From: Vitrella brassicaformis CCMP3155
Lineage: Eukaryota > Protista > Chromerida
DNA: 64,000 nt
Assembly: GCA_001179505.1 (NCBI GenBank)
Contig: CDMY01000275.1
Location: 372,001-436,000, forward strand
Direction: 5' to 3'
Below, piece by piece: positions 46,901 through 59,684 of this stretch; the first letter of the stretch is position 1, and each line of letters opens with the position of its first letter. Under the pieces are notes generated by a model that did not search any database, was not told the origin of the DNA, and was given only the letters and a program-made list of their open reading frames with translations. The position numbers were made by a program, and so were the translations under genes.

Positions 46901-49900
46901 TGTCTGTTACCACACATGGTCGCCCAGTCTGGAGGTGCTTGAGGCGTCCAACTGCGGCCTATCCGGGAGGCTGACGTGCGAGGCGCTCTACTACACCACC
47001 CACTCGTCCATCGCAACCACGACCCCCTCCCTGCAGTCCGTCATGGGCTATACCAACCTCGCAGTCCTGGACCTGCACGGCAACCTCATCCAGTCCCTCG
47101 ACACCTTCCCTGCCCGTCTCCTCAGCCTCTACCGGGCCGACTTCCGCAACAACCGTCTCACCACCATCGTCACGCCATCCAACAGCACATCGGTGTCGCA
47201 GCGGGCCGTGTCGATTCTGGAGCTGGGTGCGGCGCGGAGCCGCCAGCCGTGGTCCTGGAGTTGGCTGTCGATCGACCAGGTGGACCTGACGGGCAACCCG
47301 GAGCTTCGGCTGCCGTCGGTGGAGCGGCTGAACATACAGAGCTGCGAAGAGCTCTACTCGCGAAGAGTCATGATGGAGCGGAGCGGCCAGGTGCGGAAGG
47401 CTTCCGTGGTGGCTGACCCTCTTGGCTATGCTCGGCGCCGGCAGCCCAACGGGGCGGCTGTGTTCGAGTGCACGCACCCGTGCTGGAACTTCAACCTCAT
47501 TCAGGTTGATGACACGGTGAATGAGGCGGCCCTCTGCCGGTGCGAGCGGGGCTACTTCGGGGTGGGGCGAGACTGCGCCAAGTGTCCGGCCAACACGTAC
47601 TCCAACGCACAAGTGGGGACTGAGCGGTGTCTGCCGTGCTCCAGCGGCCAGGTGTCGGTGGCGGGGTCATCCAAGTGCGTCTGCGACCGGGGATTCACAC
47701 TCAGCGGCAGTGTGTGCAGCCCGTGTGGCAAAGGTAGGTCAGGGAGGCAGAAATCGAGACAAGACAGAGTGCGCAATGCACTCACACAATGCGATCGCTG
47801 TTTTGTTTGTTTAGGTTCATACAAGGAGTTGGTGGGTAGCGGCGAGTGCACCCGCTGCCCCGACGACAAGTTCACGTCGCTGCCCAACAGCACCTCGCTC
47901 GACGACTGCTTCTGCCACTCAAACTACATCCGCCACCGCCACCTCACACAGTGCTCAGAGTGCCCCCGCGGCCTCGACTGCGAGGCCCCGATCCGCTTCC
48001 ATCCCCCGGTGCAGAGCGGCTTCTACCAGCTCATGGTAGACCTGGACCTCACGGCCCTCCACGACAGTAGTGACAGCAGCTGGCGGCAGCTGAGGCGCCG
48101 GCAGGGAGGACACTGGAAGGCCACTGGTGCTGGCAATGTGGAGCTGGACAGCCTGGGGGTGCCGCTGGAGCGGGGCGATCAGAAACCGTTCAGGACAATG
48201 TCATCGTAAGGCGTGCACTGCACACGACAGACGAGAGAGGGAGGGAGAATTGGGGAGGGAGTGTATCTGGTGCGTGTGTGTGTGTGTGTGTGTGTAGGTA
48301 CGATGCTGGTGTGACGAGTCTGCCGGTGGTGGTGGAGTGCCCCGTCCGCAAGGCGTGCAAGGGATCAGACCTACACACGGGGCAAAACATATGCATGGTA
48401 GGGTAGGAAAGCGCAGGCCAGGCGCAGCCAGCCAGCAATTCACACCCAACTATAGCTAGCATAGGCACACACATGCATGGCATGGCCATGCATCCCATCC
48501 CATCCCCCGTGTGTCCGTGCCGTGTCTGCAGACCGGTCAGTCCGGCTTCGTGTGTGGTTCCTGCGATGAGGGCTTTGCCCGCATGAGCAACCTCCGTCCC
48601 TGCGGCAAGTGCCCCCCGGCCTGGCAGAACGTCATGACCAACCTCTGCCTCTTCGCCATCACACTTCTCGCCATATTCGGATGGACCATACTCGCACAGA
48701 GGTCACCCACCTCCCCTCCCCTCCCCAAGACACCAAGACATAGCAAGTGCCCGTACGTCACTTACCTGTTGTCGTCGCTTGTTGCTTGTTTCGTCCAACA
48801 GGGGCGCGCATCTGCAGCGTGCGGCGCCCCACTCGATGCTTCTGAAGATGGCCCAGAACCACTTCAGTGCGGTGAGCGGCCTGGCCATGGTCGTGTCCAC
48901 CGACTGGCCAGTGTGGTCAGCAAGCCTCGTGGAAGACGTCTTCGCCTGGGAGGGAGGGGTTCCTGTTGGTACGTGTGTGCAGTCACTCACTGCATGAGCC
49001 AGCAGCAGAGCAGGGGTGACGCACCGCACTGCTCATACATACACCACACCACGGCCGTTGTCTGAGCTGTGCGTGGCGTGTGTGTTGTTATATCAATCTA
49101 TCTCTTTGTCAGCGTATTCTGCGTGGGAGTGTCTGCTGCGGCCGGCGTGGGGTCCTCAGGCGGTCATGTTCCGCCACGCTGTCTGGATCATCCTGCCTCT
49201 CGTCTGGCTCATCATCGTCACTGCCGTCGGTAAGCTAGCTGCAAAGAGGCCTGCCAGTGCACACCACACAAACAGCGTATATCTGACCTATGTATGATAC
49301 TCTCCAACGCTATCCTCCTCTCTATCTGCCTTGCTGTCTGTCTGTCAGCCGCGTTGATCATCGCCATCAAGACGGGCTACCTCAAGAGGCTGTGGCACAC
49401 AGTTCAGCAGTGGGAGGTCTGGCAGCTGTCGACATGGCGACGGTGGCTCAACTGGCTGTACACTCGCCTCACCCGCAACTCCCGCCGGTTCGCGTCCATC
49501 TTCTTCACACGCAACGGCTTCCACAGTCACAGTCCCGACGACCACCTCACCGACGCCACACACAGCACCCACTGCAGCGACCACTATGCCATCAAGCCCG
49601 CACCACCCGTCCGGAAGATGACATCTGACGGGGACATTGGCGGCTCCCACCCGCCATCGCCGCCCCCCGAGCTCAGGCGCAGCGCCAGCAGCTCCTCCCG
49701 GATTATGGGTTTGTTCGACGTGCCCGAGTGGTCGCCGGATGGGCGTGTGACGTGGCAGTCGGTGGGAGTCTTCCTGGCCCAGTGCGCCCCTCTTTGGATA
49801 GCGACCATCACGCTGATCCACCCCACCGTGACCAAGAGCATGCTGGAGCTCCTGCGGTGCCGGCGGATGCCCTACCTGCCCACCGAGTTCGTAGCCGACC

Positions 49901-52900
49901 CCTCCAGATCCCCGCCCGTGGATACCGTCAAGGACACCCTGAGGAGCCGGCTGTTGCTGAGCCCGTCCCTGCTGTGCTTCCAGGACGACCACCGGATCTT
50001 TGCCTGGATGGGGACGTTCGGGCTGTGTTTCTGGGGGATCGCTCCCATCATCCTGTGCTTCGTGGTGCTGTGGGCCAAGCGGGCGTCGCTGTACCGGCCC
50101 TCCACACAGGAGAGATACGGTTTCCTCTACACCGGGCTCCGCAGACCCTTCTTCTTTTGGGATTGCGTATTCGCTGTGGTGAGTGAGTGAACTCAAGGCA
50201 CAGTTAGTTGTACACACAGCTGTCTCCAGTGCAATCAATTACCCCTTTGGTTGATCCGATCCCTCTCTGTGTGCTGTCTGTCTATCAGCGTCGCGTGGCG
50301 GTTCTGACGATTTCTCAGCTGCTAGACACGAGCGCGGCGCTGCTGCTGGGTTCGACGAGCATCGCAGTGCTCTCGCTGGCCCTGCAGCTGCTGTTTCAGC
50401 CGTTTGAAGCGAGGCTGGGCAACACGACCACCATTCTGCATCGGCACTTCGACATGGCCAACCGGCTGGAGTTCCAGGGGCTGGGCATCTGGACGGTCAG
50501 CTGCATCCTCATGCAGGTCGTGGTCCTGTTCGAGTTGTCCCCCAGCATCGCCGGCAGCATCATCTTCCTGGTGGCCATCATGAATATGTACCACTACGCC
50601 TCCCTCCTCTACCACATCTTCCGCCACTCGTTTGCCTTCCTGGCGTACAAGTACATCGACGAGAAGGAGGAAAGATCCCATATATTCAGTCAGTTAAACA
50701 GCCTAGCTAGTGGCACAACCACCTAAACTCACTCACCCAACACAGAGCATACATATGGATGGGGTGTGCTGTGCTGTGCTGTGTTGCTGTGTATGTTTAG
50801 GGTTGTTCCTGCGTGTGTGTCGTCCGATAATGAAGCACATCATCCGTCAGGAGGAGCGGCGCCGCGCGAGCATGCCCAAGGTCTTCCTCGACTACCCCAC
50901 AGGCACGCTCAACCTGCTCGAGCCAGCCGACGCCGGCCGCTCCCCCATATCGTCACACTGCACCAGCCCCCGCAGTGAGGCGCAGCGCTCCAAGACCGCC
51001 ACACCCACCGCCACCCTAACGCCCCCCGCCTTCCCACCCAGAATAATGGGGGGCGATGGCGATGACCACCGGCGGGCATTCATCCGCTACGCCCAGACGG
51101 CGTGGTGTCATGTGGTGTGGGCATGGTACTGGTGTGTGGGCAAGGCCACCGACTATGTGAGGGAGGTCCGGGCCGTGGTCGCCAGGATGAAGCTGCGGGA
51201 GCACCGGGCGAAGGGTCACCGCACCGGGGCGCTGGCGATGCAGATGACGGGCCACGCTATGGCGGACGCGATTGAGCTGCTGTCGATACGGCAGGAGCTG
51301 CCGGGGGACTTTGCAGAGTTTCTGTGGACCACCAGCTTCCTGGTCCACGCCCTCCGTATCAAGACAATGGAGGACCATGACTCAAAGAGTGAGTGAGTGT
51401 GTTGTCACTCACAACACATCAACACCAATCCGTCCCCCCCCCCCCCCCCCCCCCCCCNNNNNNNNNNNNNNNNNNNNNNNNNNNNNNNNNNNNNNNNNNN
51501 NNNNNNNNNNNNNNNNNNNNNNNNNNNNNNNNNNNNNNNNNNNNNNNNNNNNNNNNNNNNNNNNNNNNNNNNNNNNNNNNNNNNNNNNNNNNNNNNNNNN
51601 NNNNNNNNNNNNNNNNNNNNNNNNNNNNNNNNNNNNNNNNNNNNNNNNNNNNNNNNNNNNNNNNNNNNNNNNNNNNNNNNNNNNNNNNNNNNNNNNNNNN
51701 NNNNNNNNNNNNNNNNNNNNNNNNNNNNNNNNNNNNNNNNNNNNNNNNNNNNNNNNNCCCCCCCCCCCCCCCCCCACACACACAGACACACACAAACGGC
51801 AGGCTGCCACACTTGCTGGTCGGTCTTTCTGTGGTGTGGTGGCGATGTCAGTGAATCGCACGATCGTGATGCCGATTCCCGAGTCGGCCACAGCGGTGCC
51901 TGCGCCGCCTTCTCGCATGTCGACGAGGAAGCTGCCCGACGCGGCCCCGTCGATCCCCGAGAACAACCCGGCCGACTTCAAGTCGATGCCCACCATGCGC
52001 AGCACCACCGGCCTCAGCGAGGGCACATCGCTGCCGCCCTTCACATTCGATCGCAGGCTGCGCTCGGCCGGGGTGGCCCTCCATGACTTCCAAGTATGCA
52101 CACCGCAGACATGAGACCATGGTATGTACCAGGGTGTGTGTCCTTCTGTCAGTTGAATCTGAGTTACGTGGTGGACGACCTCCTTCGGCGTCAGCAGATA
52201 GCGGAGGGTCTGCTGCAGCAACAGGACACTGACGGCGGCAGCACGCTAGAAGGGGCCGAGGGAGTGGGTGATTGGCGCACACTGTACGAGTCCTTCAGGA
52301 GAGCCAAGCGATCCCTCATACAGGCGGGAACCAACCCGGTAAGTACGCACACGCATGTGCCAACATACCAACACACACACACACACTCGTGTCAATGTCT
52401 CTGCGTGTGTGTGTGTGTGTGTGTGGTCAGCGAGAGGTGTCCAAGGCCATCCGTCGCATAGCGAGCAACACGGCCTTGACCAGCAGCCGCGCCACCGACG
52501 AGCTGACCGTCGCCACCCCACCGCTAGCCAGCAATATCAGCCGATCCCGCTCCTTCCCCAACCCCCCGTTCACACCTGCACCACACACGGCATCAGCAGG
52601 GGCCGTGCTACCCTCACACACAGAGATCATGGCCGATGTGGAAGTCGACTCTGCGGCTGTGGACACCCTCACGGCCGCTGTGGAGACCTTCGCAGACACA
52701 GCCAGCGGACGGCTCCGTGATCCCTTCGAGTTCGCTCCCCCCGAGACCACCTCCCGCCCCGAGTCGGTGATGGGTTCGATCACACCACCCCGCCCGCCCT
52801 CCCCGCCCCGGCCCCCACCGCTGCGGTCCTTCACATCAACCCCATCCATGCCCTACAGCGACTTCTTTGATTTTGCCAACAGGGTCTACAGAGGGGCATA

Positions 52901-52901
52901 G
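43943..52901 (+). CDS. Large receptor-like membrane protein: signal peptide, plant-type LRRs, Cys-rich TNFR/GCC-like repeats, ~9 TM helices (CRMP-like) and cytosolic tail; continuity across the 51458-51757 gap assumed
   Basis: MAASISLVGAAVLLSLG. LRR cap VCQVPGVLC. More than 12 LxxLxLxxNxLxGxLP repeats. CAKCPANTYS/CLPCSSGQ/CSPCGKGSYK/CTRCPDDKFT repeats, CPVRKACKG...CGSCDEGF...CGKCP, then TMs including RYGFLYTGLRRPFFFWDCV. Confidence 0.8.
51458..51757. other. Assembly gap (300 N) flanked by poly-C on both sides
   Basis: Run of N with C homopolymers directly before and after. Confidence 1.
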
Positions 52902-54630
52902 ATAGCATCGCAGTGAAATAAGTGAGCGACGGGGGTGCAAGTGCAGTGCACAGAGAGAGGGAGCAGGGGAGCCGGATGGTATGGGATGGGTGGGGGTGGG
53001 GTGCATTCATTGCATTCGTTCATTCCTTGTGTATGTAATTGATTGAAGCTTAATGCATCGGTTGTGTTTTGTATCCGTGTGCATGACATGAATTGGTGCG
53101 TCCGTACAGTGAGTACATACGTATGTCTGAGGGTCGGTTGGATTGGGGGCGTGACTGACATGAATGACATTGATTGCATCTGTTCTCTTCCGGATCGTCA
53201 TCGGGCGGGGTGTGTGTCGACACGCCCCGCCTGACAACGACCCGGGAAGGAGCGACTGCAGCCCGGCCCGTCAGCCAACAGCTGACGTCGTGTAATGAAT
53301 CTCCCTATCTATCTCTCTCTGTCTCCAAATTGGTGTCGGTGCGCACACGTGCCGACCTGTGTGCTGTGCGTGTCCATGCTCTCACTTATGGACGAGGAGC
53401 GTCACGTCGGGTTGGTTATTTGCATATTTCTTTGTGGGGGTAACAAATGTTATGGATGGCTTTGTTCGTGCATGTCATGTTATGTCGTGTCGTGTCGTGT
53501 CGTGTGTGCTCTGCTGTGCCCCTAGTCAATTGATTGATTGCGTCGTGGATCGGATCGATAGCCATATTGTCGACCTTCGTGGGGTGCGTGTGCGTGTGTG
53601 CGGTAGTTCATTTGGTTTTCATGTATGGCTGGGGGGTTGGTGGTAGGTAGGTAGGTAGGTCGATGGCTTTGGCCAGTTGGCCGGCGCGGCTCGGTGGGTG
53701 GGTGACGACCACGCATTGTCCGTCATTTTGTAAGTCGGTGCACATAACTGACATGCACACATTACATACACACATGTCTCTAGGACTGATCCTTAGCTAT
53801 CGATGTGGAGGGTGGGTGGTGGTCACTCAACTCACCCTTTTATATATAGGCTGACCGGCTCCCTGTCTTATCTACCTACACACCCACCTACCTGCCCGTC
53901 TGTCTGTCTATCTGTCTGTCTGTCTGTCCGTCTGTCTGTCTGTACGTCTGTCTCTCTGCCTATGTGGTGTGCCGTGCGCTACGTGACCATCCAGCCAGCC
54001 ACCCACCGATGCGATCGATGGATGGATGTTCTGATGGAGGATGCGAGGCGAGGCGATGCGTAGGGAGGTTTTCGTTCGTCCAGTGTGTCGCCCAGAGGGA
54101 TACATACATCCTCCCGCTTTCTCCCCTCCCTCTCTCCCTCCTTTGGCTTTCCCCTCCCCTCCCCTCCTCTCCTCTCTCCCTCTAGCCATGCAGGAGTTGT
54201 TATCATACCAGCTACATGGCCTAGCATACATGTGTGTGTGTGTCTGTCTGTCTGTCTGCATGATGCTCTCGACCAACACGGCTGAGACACCTTGGCTGAC
54301 GTACAGACATCCGTACGATCGTACACGTACCGATGTACTTTTCTGTGAGCGTGTTGTGTGGCTTGGCTTGGGTGGGTGCATGTGTGTGTGCATGTGTGTG
54401 TGTGTGTGTGTGTGTGCGCCATCTATCCTATCGCATGTGCGAGTGACAGACAGACAGACTGACAGAGTGGTCGCGTCGCAAGTGACAGGACTCGTTGATT
54501 CGATTCTCTCTCAACAACATGACATGCCGCTACAAATATGTCCTGAAAACGCCCTACACACTAGCTACTTTCTTTCACAAGCAGAATCTGCCTCACCTAC
54601 ATTATCCACCCATCCATCCATGCCATTCAT

Positions 54631-57600
54631 CTAGACGTGCTTCTCCCACGGCCTCTCGTCTGACTCCCGCCATGCAGCTGCCAAATAATTCCTGTGTCTC
54701 CTGTGATGAGCCGCCGCCGACGAAGGGACCCGCGGCGCTAGCAACAATCCGTGGTTCCGCAACAGCATGTCCTCGGCAGCAAAGTAGCGCCACAGCCCCT
54801 CGGCCACGTGGCCGCTCAACTGCTTGTGGCTCTTGGAGGTCAGGGTGGGGCATGACTCCACCGTCCGCATCAATGCCCGCTTCTCCATGTGCGCGAATGG
54901 GCTGCTGCTGGTCTTCTTTCGCCTGGTGCGGTAGTCGATGGACACGTCCGGCGTGCGCCGCTTGGACTCTTTTGCCTTCTTGTCCTTCTCTGAGTGAGCA
55001 CTGCCGGGGGCCGTCAGCGCCTGCTGCTCAGCTATGGCGGTGAACGGCACCCCCAGACCCTTACGGATTTCCTCCTTGATGTTGGCCACCTCCTGTTGAT
55101 TGACAACACAACACACAGCCCGACGAACGGATAGATAGATGGATGGATGGCGGGGGCAGAGAGGATGTGTACGTCCGTCCGTTGTGTACTCACTCACTCG
55201 TTTAAGCGGGGAAAAATTCTGCGTGATGAGTCTTCTGGTGCTGCTGTCGACGGCGTACATGGCACTGCCTCGCACGGGAGTGGCCTTTGCCGATGCACGC
55301 ACCTCAGGCACTACAACCAACACACCCGACAGGAAACACGGGACACGTTGCATCATGCGGCTGCCATGCATTAAGCGTGGCTACTTACTTCCAGAGTCGA
55401 GCAGAGCGTCCTTTATCTCCTGTATGGTGATGTATCCTTTGAAGTTGTTGTCGATGGCGTGAAACAGCTCGTAGACGTCGCTCTGCTTGATGTCAAGGTC
55501 CAGCGAACTCAGCCAGGCGTCGAAATCCTCTGGCAGCAACTTCCGCTTCAGAGCTGCATCGACAACGCCAAAAGGAAGGTATTATAGGTCTCTACGACAC
55601 GCAGAGGATTCATTCCATGAACCCACCTTGCTGTTTGTCTGCCGTGCCTGCCCATGCGAGCTGGAGCGTGGTGAGGACATTTTGGACGGTGTGGAACTTC
55701 TGTGTCAGTTGCCCCGTCCATTCCGCAACCACAGTGGATGGCGCAAATATCTGCAGAGCATTGAGAAACCTGGGACAGCAAGGGAGGAGAGACATGGCGT
55801 ATTATGGTCTGCAATGAGCGGATTATCTGCACTGTTCGCTCACTCTTCGATGGTTACCTCCCCATTGCCATCCTCGTCCATCACTACATCACACCCACAA
55901 GCCAGAAACGGGTGTCTCCCTCCGTTGCCCAAGCTGCGTGTGTGCCGTACGTACATTCAAAGAGTGTCCTGGATTGCTCGGCGTTGATGTCCATCTGCCT
56001 CATGACCTGCTCGAACTCACTCGCATCAAGAGCCAAATTGCCGTCCTTATTACAAAGAGACAGACACATGGGCCACCAGTCAGGCCATCCATCAACGGGT
56101 GTCCAATGTTTGTTTCTCATCAATGGAAGTGCTCACCCACCTGATCCATTGATTGGAATGCATCCCTCACATGCTTAAAGCGCTTCAGCAAGTCACGATG
56201 GAAGTCCTCGAGAGTGACCGATGGCGCAGCGAGCCTGAGTGTCCTGGCGAGCTCAGCCCCCTGCAGCATCCCCTGTCCCTTGTCGTTTATGACCGAGAAA
56301 ATCCTCCTTAGCGCCTCTGGCTCCAAATTGATGTCACTGAAGCGCTTCTGAAAGTCATCGTAGGCCAAAAGCGTCATCTGACGGCACATATGCAGACGGG
56401 TCGACAGACCGCCCGGGCGCTGTTCCGGAAATGATGGGCCACGTACCGCCTTTATCTTGTGTGCTTTAAGGGCCTCATCAATTGAGCTTGCCCCGTGGAC
56501 CTGAAGCAAATTTGCACGAAACTCCTCCAATAACGTCAGTGCTGAACGAAGGCCAAATGCAGCCGACTGTGGAAACCACTCGTTGTCTCTGGTCATGTGC
56601 ATTTTCACTTACGAGGGACGCGACTAAGCGCAGTAAAGAAGGTGTTGAGTGTGACTTTGATCTTCCGCCCCGCCGCCGATCCGTGGCGTCCAGATGGTGA
56701 GAGGTCGGGGCCCTGTCCTGTCTCGTTCGGAAAAAAGGATGGCGCTGTCATTAGCTGGGAGCTGACGGGTGACCTCTCCAGGTCAGTCTGCAGCAGCTCG
56801 AAGATGATTTGGGTCTCCTGGGAAGTCGCGTTCAGCAAGTATTTGAAGACGACGGAGAACTCATCCGCGGAGAAGTCTTCATTCAAAGGGAACTTGCTGT
56901 TGTGTACGGCCTGGATTGAGAGCGGATGCGTGTACAGCCAAGCCATGTATATTATATTTCCGTGCCCACCTGCACGACACTTCCTTGTCTTTCCAGGAGC
57001 CTCTTTCGACACTCCAGAAATACTTGAGCTGAAAGGAAAAAGTATAAACGAAACGCATTTAGTGTGTCCCAGCCAGCTGTCTCCTGTCTCACCCGGCATC
57101 CTATCCAGTTCTCCAGTCAAGTCTCTCAGAGTCGGCTTTGTCTTCTGGCTGGTCTTCACCAGCATCTCGAAGCACTCTTGAAACAGGTCGACGTTGAGGC
57201 TGCCGGCGGCTTGCGGCACCGCTCGGCGCATCCTTCTCGCCTTTGCCACAGGGCTGGAATCTGGGCTGCCGGATGGGCTGCTGATGGGGGAGGGCAGCAG
57301 CGGCTGCAATAGGGTAGAAAGGGCGGCGATGAACTCGTCCTGCAAAAGACGTGGCAACAGACGACACGTCACATCACATCACATCACATCCATTGCATTC
57401 AGTCTTGTCCTTTCCTTGTTTAGCGGAGCTTCAGGGACAATCTTGGCGGTCTTCAGCACCCAGGACTGCAACGCTTCACCAAGCGTGTTGTACAGATACC
57501 GCAGGGCCCGACGAATCGACCCGAATACAACAGACTCTGAAGGCACCCACGAAATACATTCCCACACGTGGATTTGCAGGCGCCCTCTGCTCTCACCGAG

Positions 57601-58530
57601 ACTGAGGGCGGTTTTACAGCCTTGCCCCTGTGTGCGCTGATCGTCTACCCGGATCGGTCGCTTCCGCTGCGTCCTGTGTTGCCTAGCTTCTCGCAAGGCG
57701 GTAGTGAATTCCTTTGTTCCCATCTTTCTTGTCTGTGCCTGCAAATAAAGAAGAGCCATAAAAAAGGTCTGACTAGTCCCGGTGAAAGTGCTCTTGCCTA
57801 CCAGGCTATCCAGATCCCCTGTCCCGACTCTGCTTGCACTCTGGCCAAGATGTTGCAGCGACGATGGTAGTCTTGAAGGCACTCTCGATAATGTCCCTTT
57901 GGATGATGCCATTCTCGATAGTGTTCCCTTAGACCTTACCGCCTCCCTTGAATCGCTCGGCAGTGCATCAGGCCGCTCTATTTGCACGTCTTTGGTCGTC
58001 GCACGCTCTGCAGGCGGTGCAGGAGGCTCCGTCACCTCCGGCTCCATAATGCGAGTCTTCTTTTTCTCGAGGGGTACGGGGGAGGGGCGTCGGGTCGGCG
58101 AGTGATCGGGTGACCGTCTCCTTGCCGCTTTTGGACTGCTTTCGGGCGTCTCGGCTGGTAACATCTCACCGAGCAAATCCTTCATCTGAGCCTCAAACCT
58201 TGCAAGTGAGGGAAACCCTCTGTCGCCCATAATGCCAACAGTCTTCTTCCTTTCCAGCACCGACCCCTTGGCAGCCCTTGCCTTTCTCGTGGCCATACCG
58301 GGCGGGGTCACCAGCCGGGCTTCGGGCGAGGGAAGAATGTGAGGCGGGAGCTGCGGCTGGGGCGAGAGCGGCTGGATTTGGAAGATGTTGGTCACCCATG
58401 TTGTGGTCTTGGGCATCATCTGTTCGCCCTGCTCCGTGTCCTCTAAGCTCATGTGGAGGTCGGACCGCCGCCGCACCTCACTTTCTCTCCGTTCCTCAGG
58501 AGCCTGCTTCTGAGCGATGGATGGGTCCAT
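54631..58530 (-). CDS. Large multi-EF-hand protein with low-complexity N-terminus; start uncertain (58530 or 58653)
   Basis: EF-hand loops MDEDGNGEVTIEE (~55845-55885), IDNNFKGYITIQE (~55418-55456), KDGNLALDASEF and INDKGQGMLQGAE in GT-AG bounded exons. Confidence 0.7.
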
Positions 58531-58766
58531 ATGGATCTCAACGCCGGCCTGTTGACCGGCTGTTGACAGTATTAGGAAGACAACACGAGAAGAAACTGTT
58601 GTGGGAGACGTGTGAGGCCTTCGTTTGCGTACCAAGCTTGAGAATCTGGTCATGTCGTCTCAACAGGAGCCGCTGAGATACTGTCGGCCTCCTTCTGTTG
58701 ATCTCCATTGACGCTCACTCGACAACGCTCTTCAAAGGCAGCAGGAGACTTGAAAAGCCGTCTGTC

Positions 58767-58777
58767 TGCGAGCTTAG
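58767..58777 (+). promoter_or_regulatory. Candidate promoter motif TGCGAGCTTAG upstream of the EF-hand gene
   Basis: Exact 11-mer, 114-237 bp from the candidate starts. Confidence 0.55.
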
Positions 58778-58865
58778 CGCCGATTGCGCGTGTTTACGAG
58801 GGGCCGGCTGGGATCAGCTGTTTGCTTGTTAGCATGGGTGTTCGTCTTTTCCTGGGGCGAGGTGA

Positions 58866-59114
58866 ATGCTTGGGTGGCTGACATTCGGTTTCGCCGCCAC
58901 AATGCTGCTTCCCGGCTGGCATCTCCCCTCCCCAGCTCAGCCTCGTGTCACCCTCGCACCCAGCCCACAGCCAGCCCCATCGACAGCGTCTGTGCCCCAG
59001 GAAGACGAGTGCGACACGAAGAGTGTCTCGCACGTCGCCGAGACTGTGGAGGGGGCCTCTGCTGCTCCCGACCATCTCACGGGGACCGACCAGAAGGCGG
59101 ATAGCGGGGGCTGA
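58866..59114 (+). CDS. Possible small single-exon protein with hydrophobic N-terminus (82 aa)
   Basis: ORF MLGWLTFGFAATMLLPG...; lies ~90 bp downstream of a TGCGAGCTTAG motif and is divergent from the EF-hand gene. No homology recognised. Confidence 0.25.
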   Translation: MLGWLTFGFAATMLLPGWHLPSPAQPRVTLAPSPQPAPSTASVPQEDECDTKSVSHVAETVEGASAAPDHLTGTDQKADSGG

Positions 59115-59684
59115 GGAAAAGAGAGGGCGTGTTTGCATCTGCGGGTTAATTGGTGGATCATGGTCGATATATGTCTCACCGTGTTTTCTGCAGAGAAGGA
59201 CGCTTTTGGTTGATTCGCCTGGCGTAGATATATGGGTCACTGAATACGTACGTGTACGTGAGAACGGGACATTCGTTTACCGAATACATAGAGCAATGTC
59301 ATTTCTGCCCTGTCTGGTACTCGGTCGCATGTGCGCGCTTCGTGACGTGCTCCTACCCACGCAAAAGGCTGATTGCAGTGAAGTGATTGTAACAGAAATC
59401 AGCTTTTCGGCATGACAGACACGCACGCGACGAAGCGGGCACTTGTGCAATCCCACAGTGCACGTGTCTCGCTTCCATCACACTATCATCCGTCTGTACC
59501 ACATAACCAACCGTCGATGCCTCAACTACCTAAAGTACCTAACACACATAGAAACCTGCCTTCCAACTACAGCTCTTAAGACACGTCATCATCTTGCCAC
59601 AACCCATACCGCCACAGACACGTCGCGTCGCATCACACCGCCCGCTCTCTATCCTGTCTGTCTATCAGTCACGCACTCACTGCA

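Noticed and set aside
51272-52221. Poly-Pro/poly-Gly ORFs around the second gap
   Set aside because: They arise from C homopolymers plus Ns, probably within an intron.
43943-52901. Calling the LRR protein a plant-like receptor kinase
   Set aside because: No kinase motifs (GxGxxG, HRD, DFG) were recognised in the tail, and the protein is multipass rather than single-pass.
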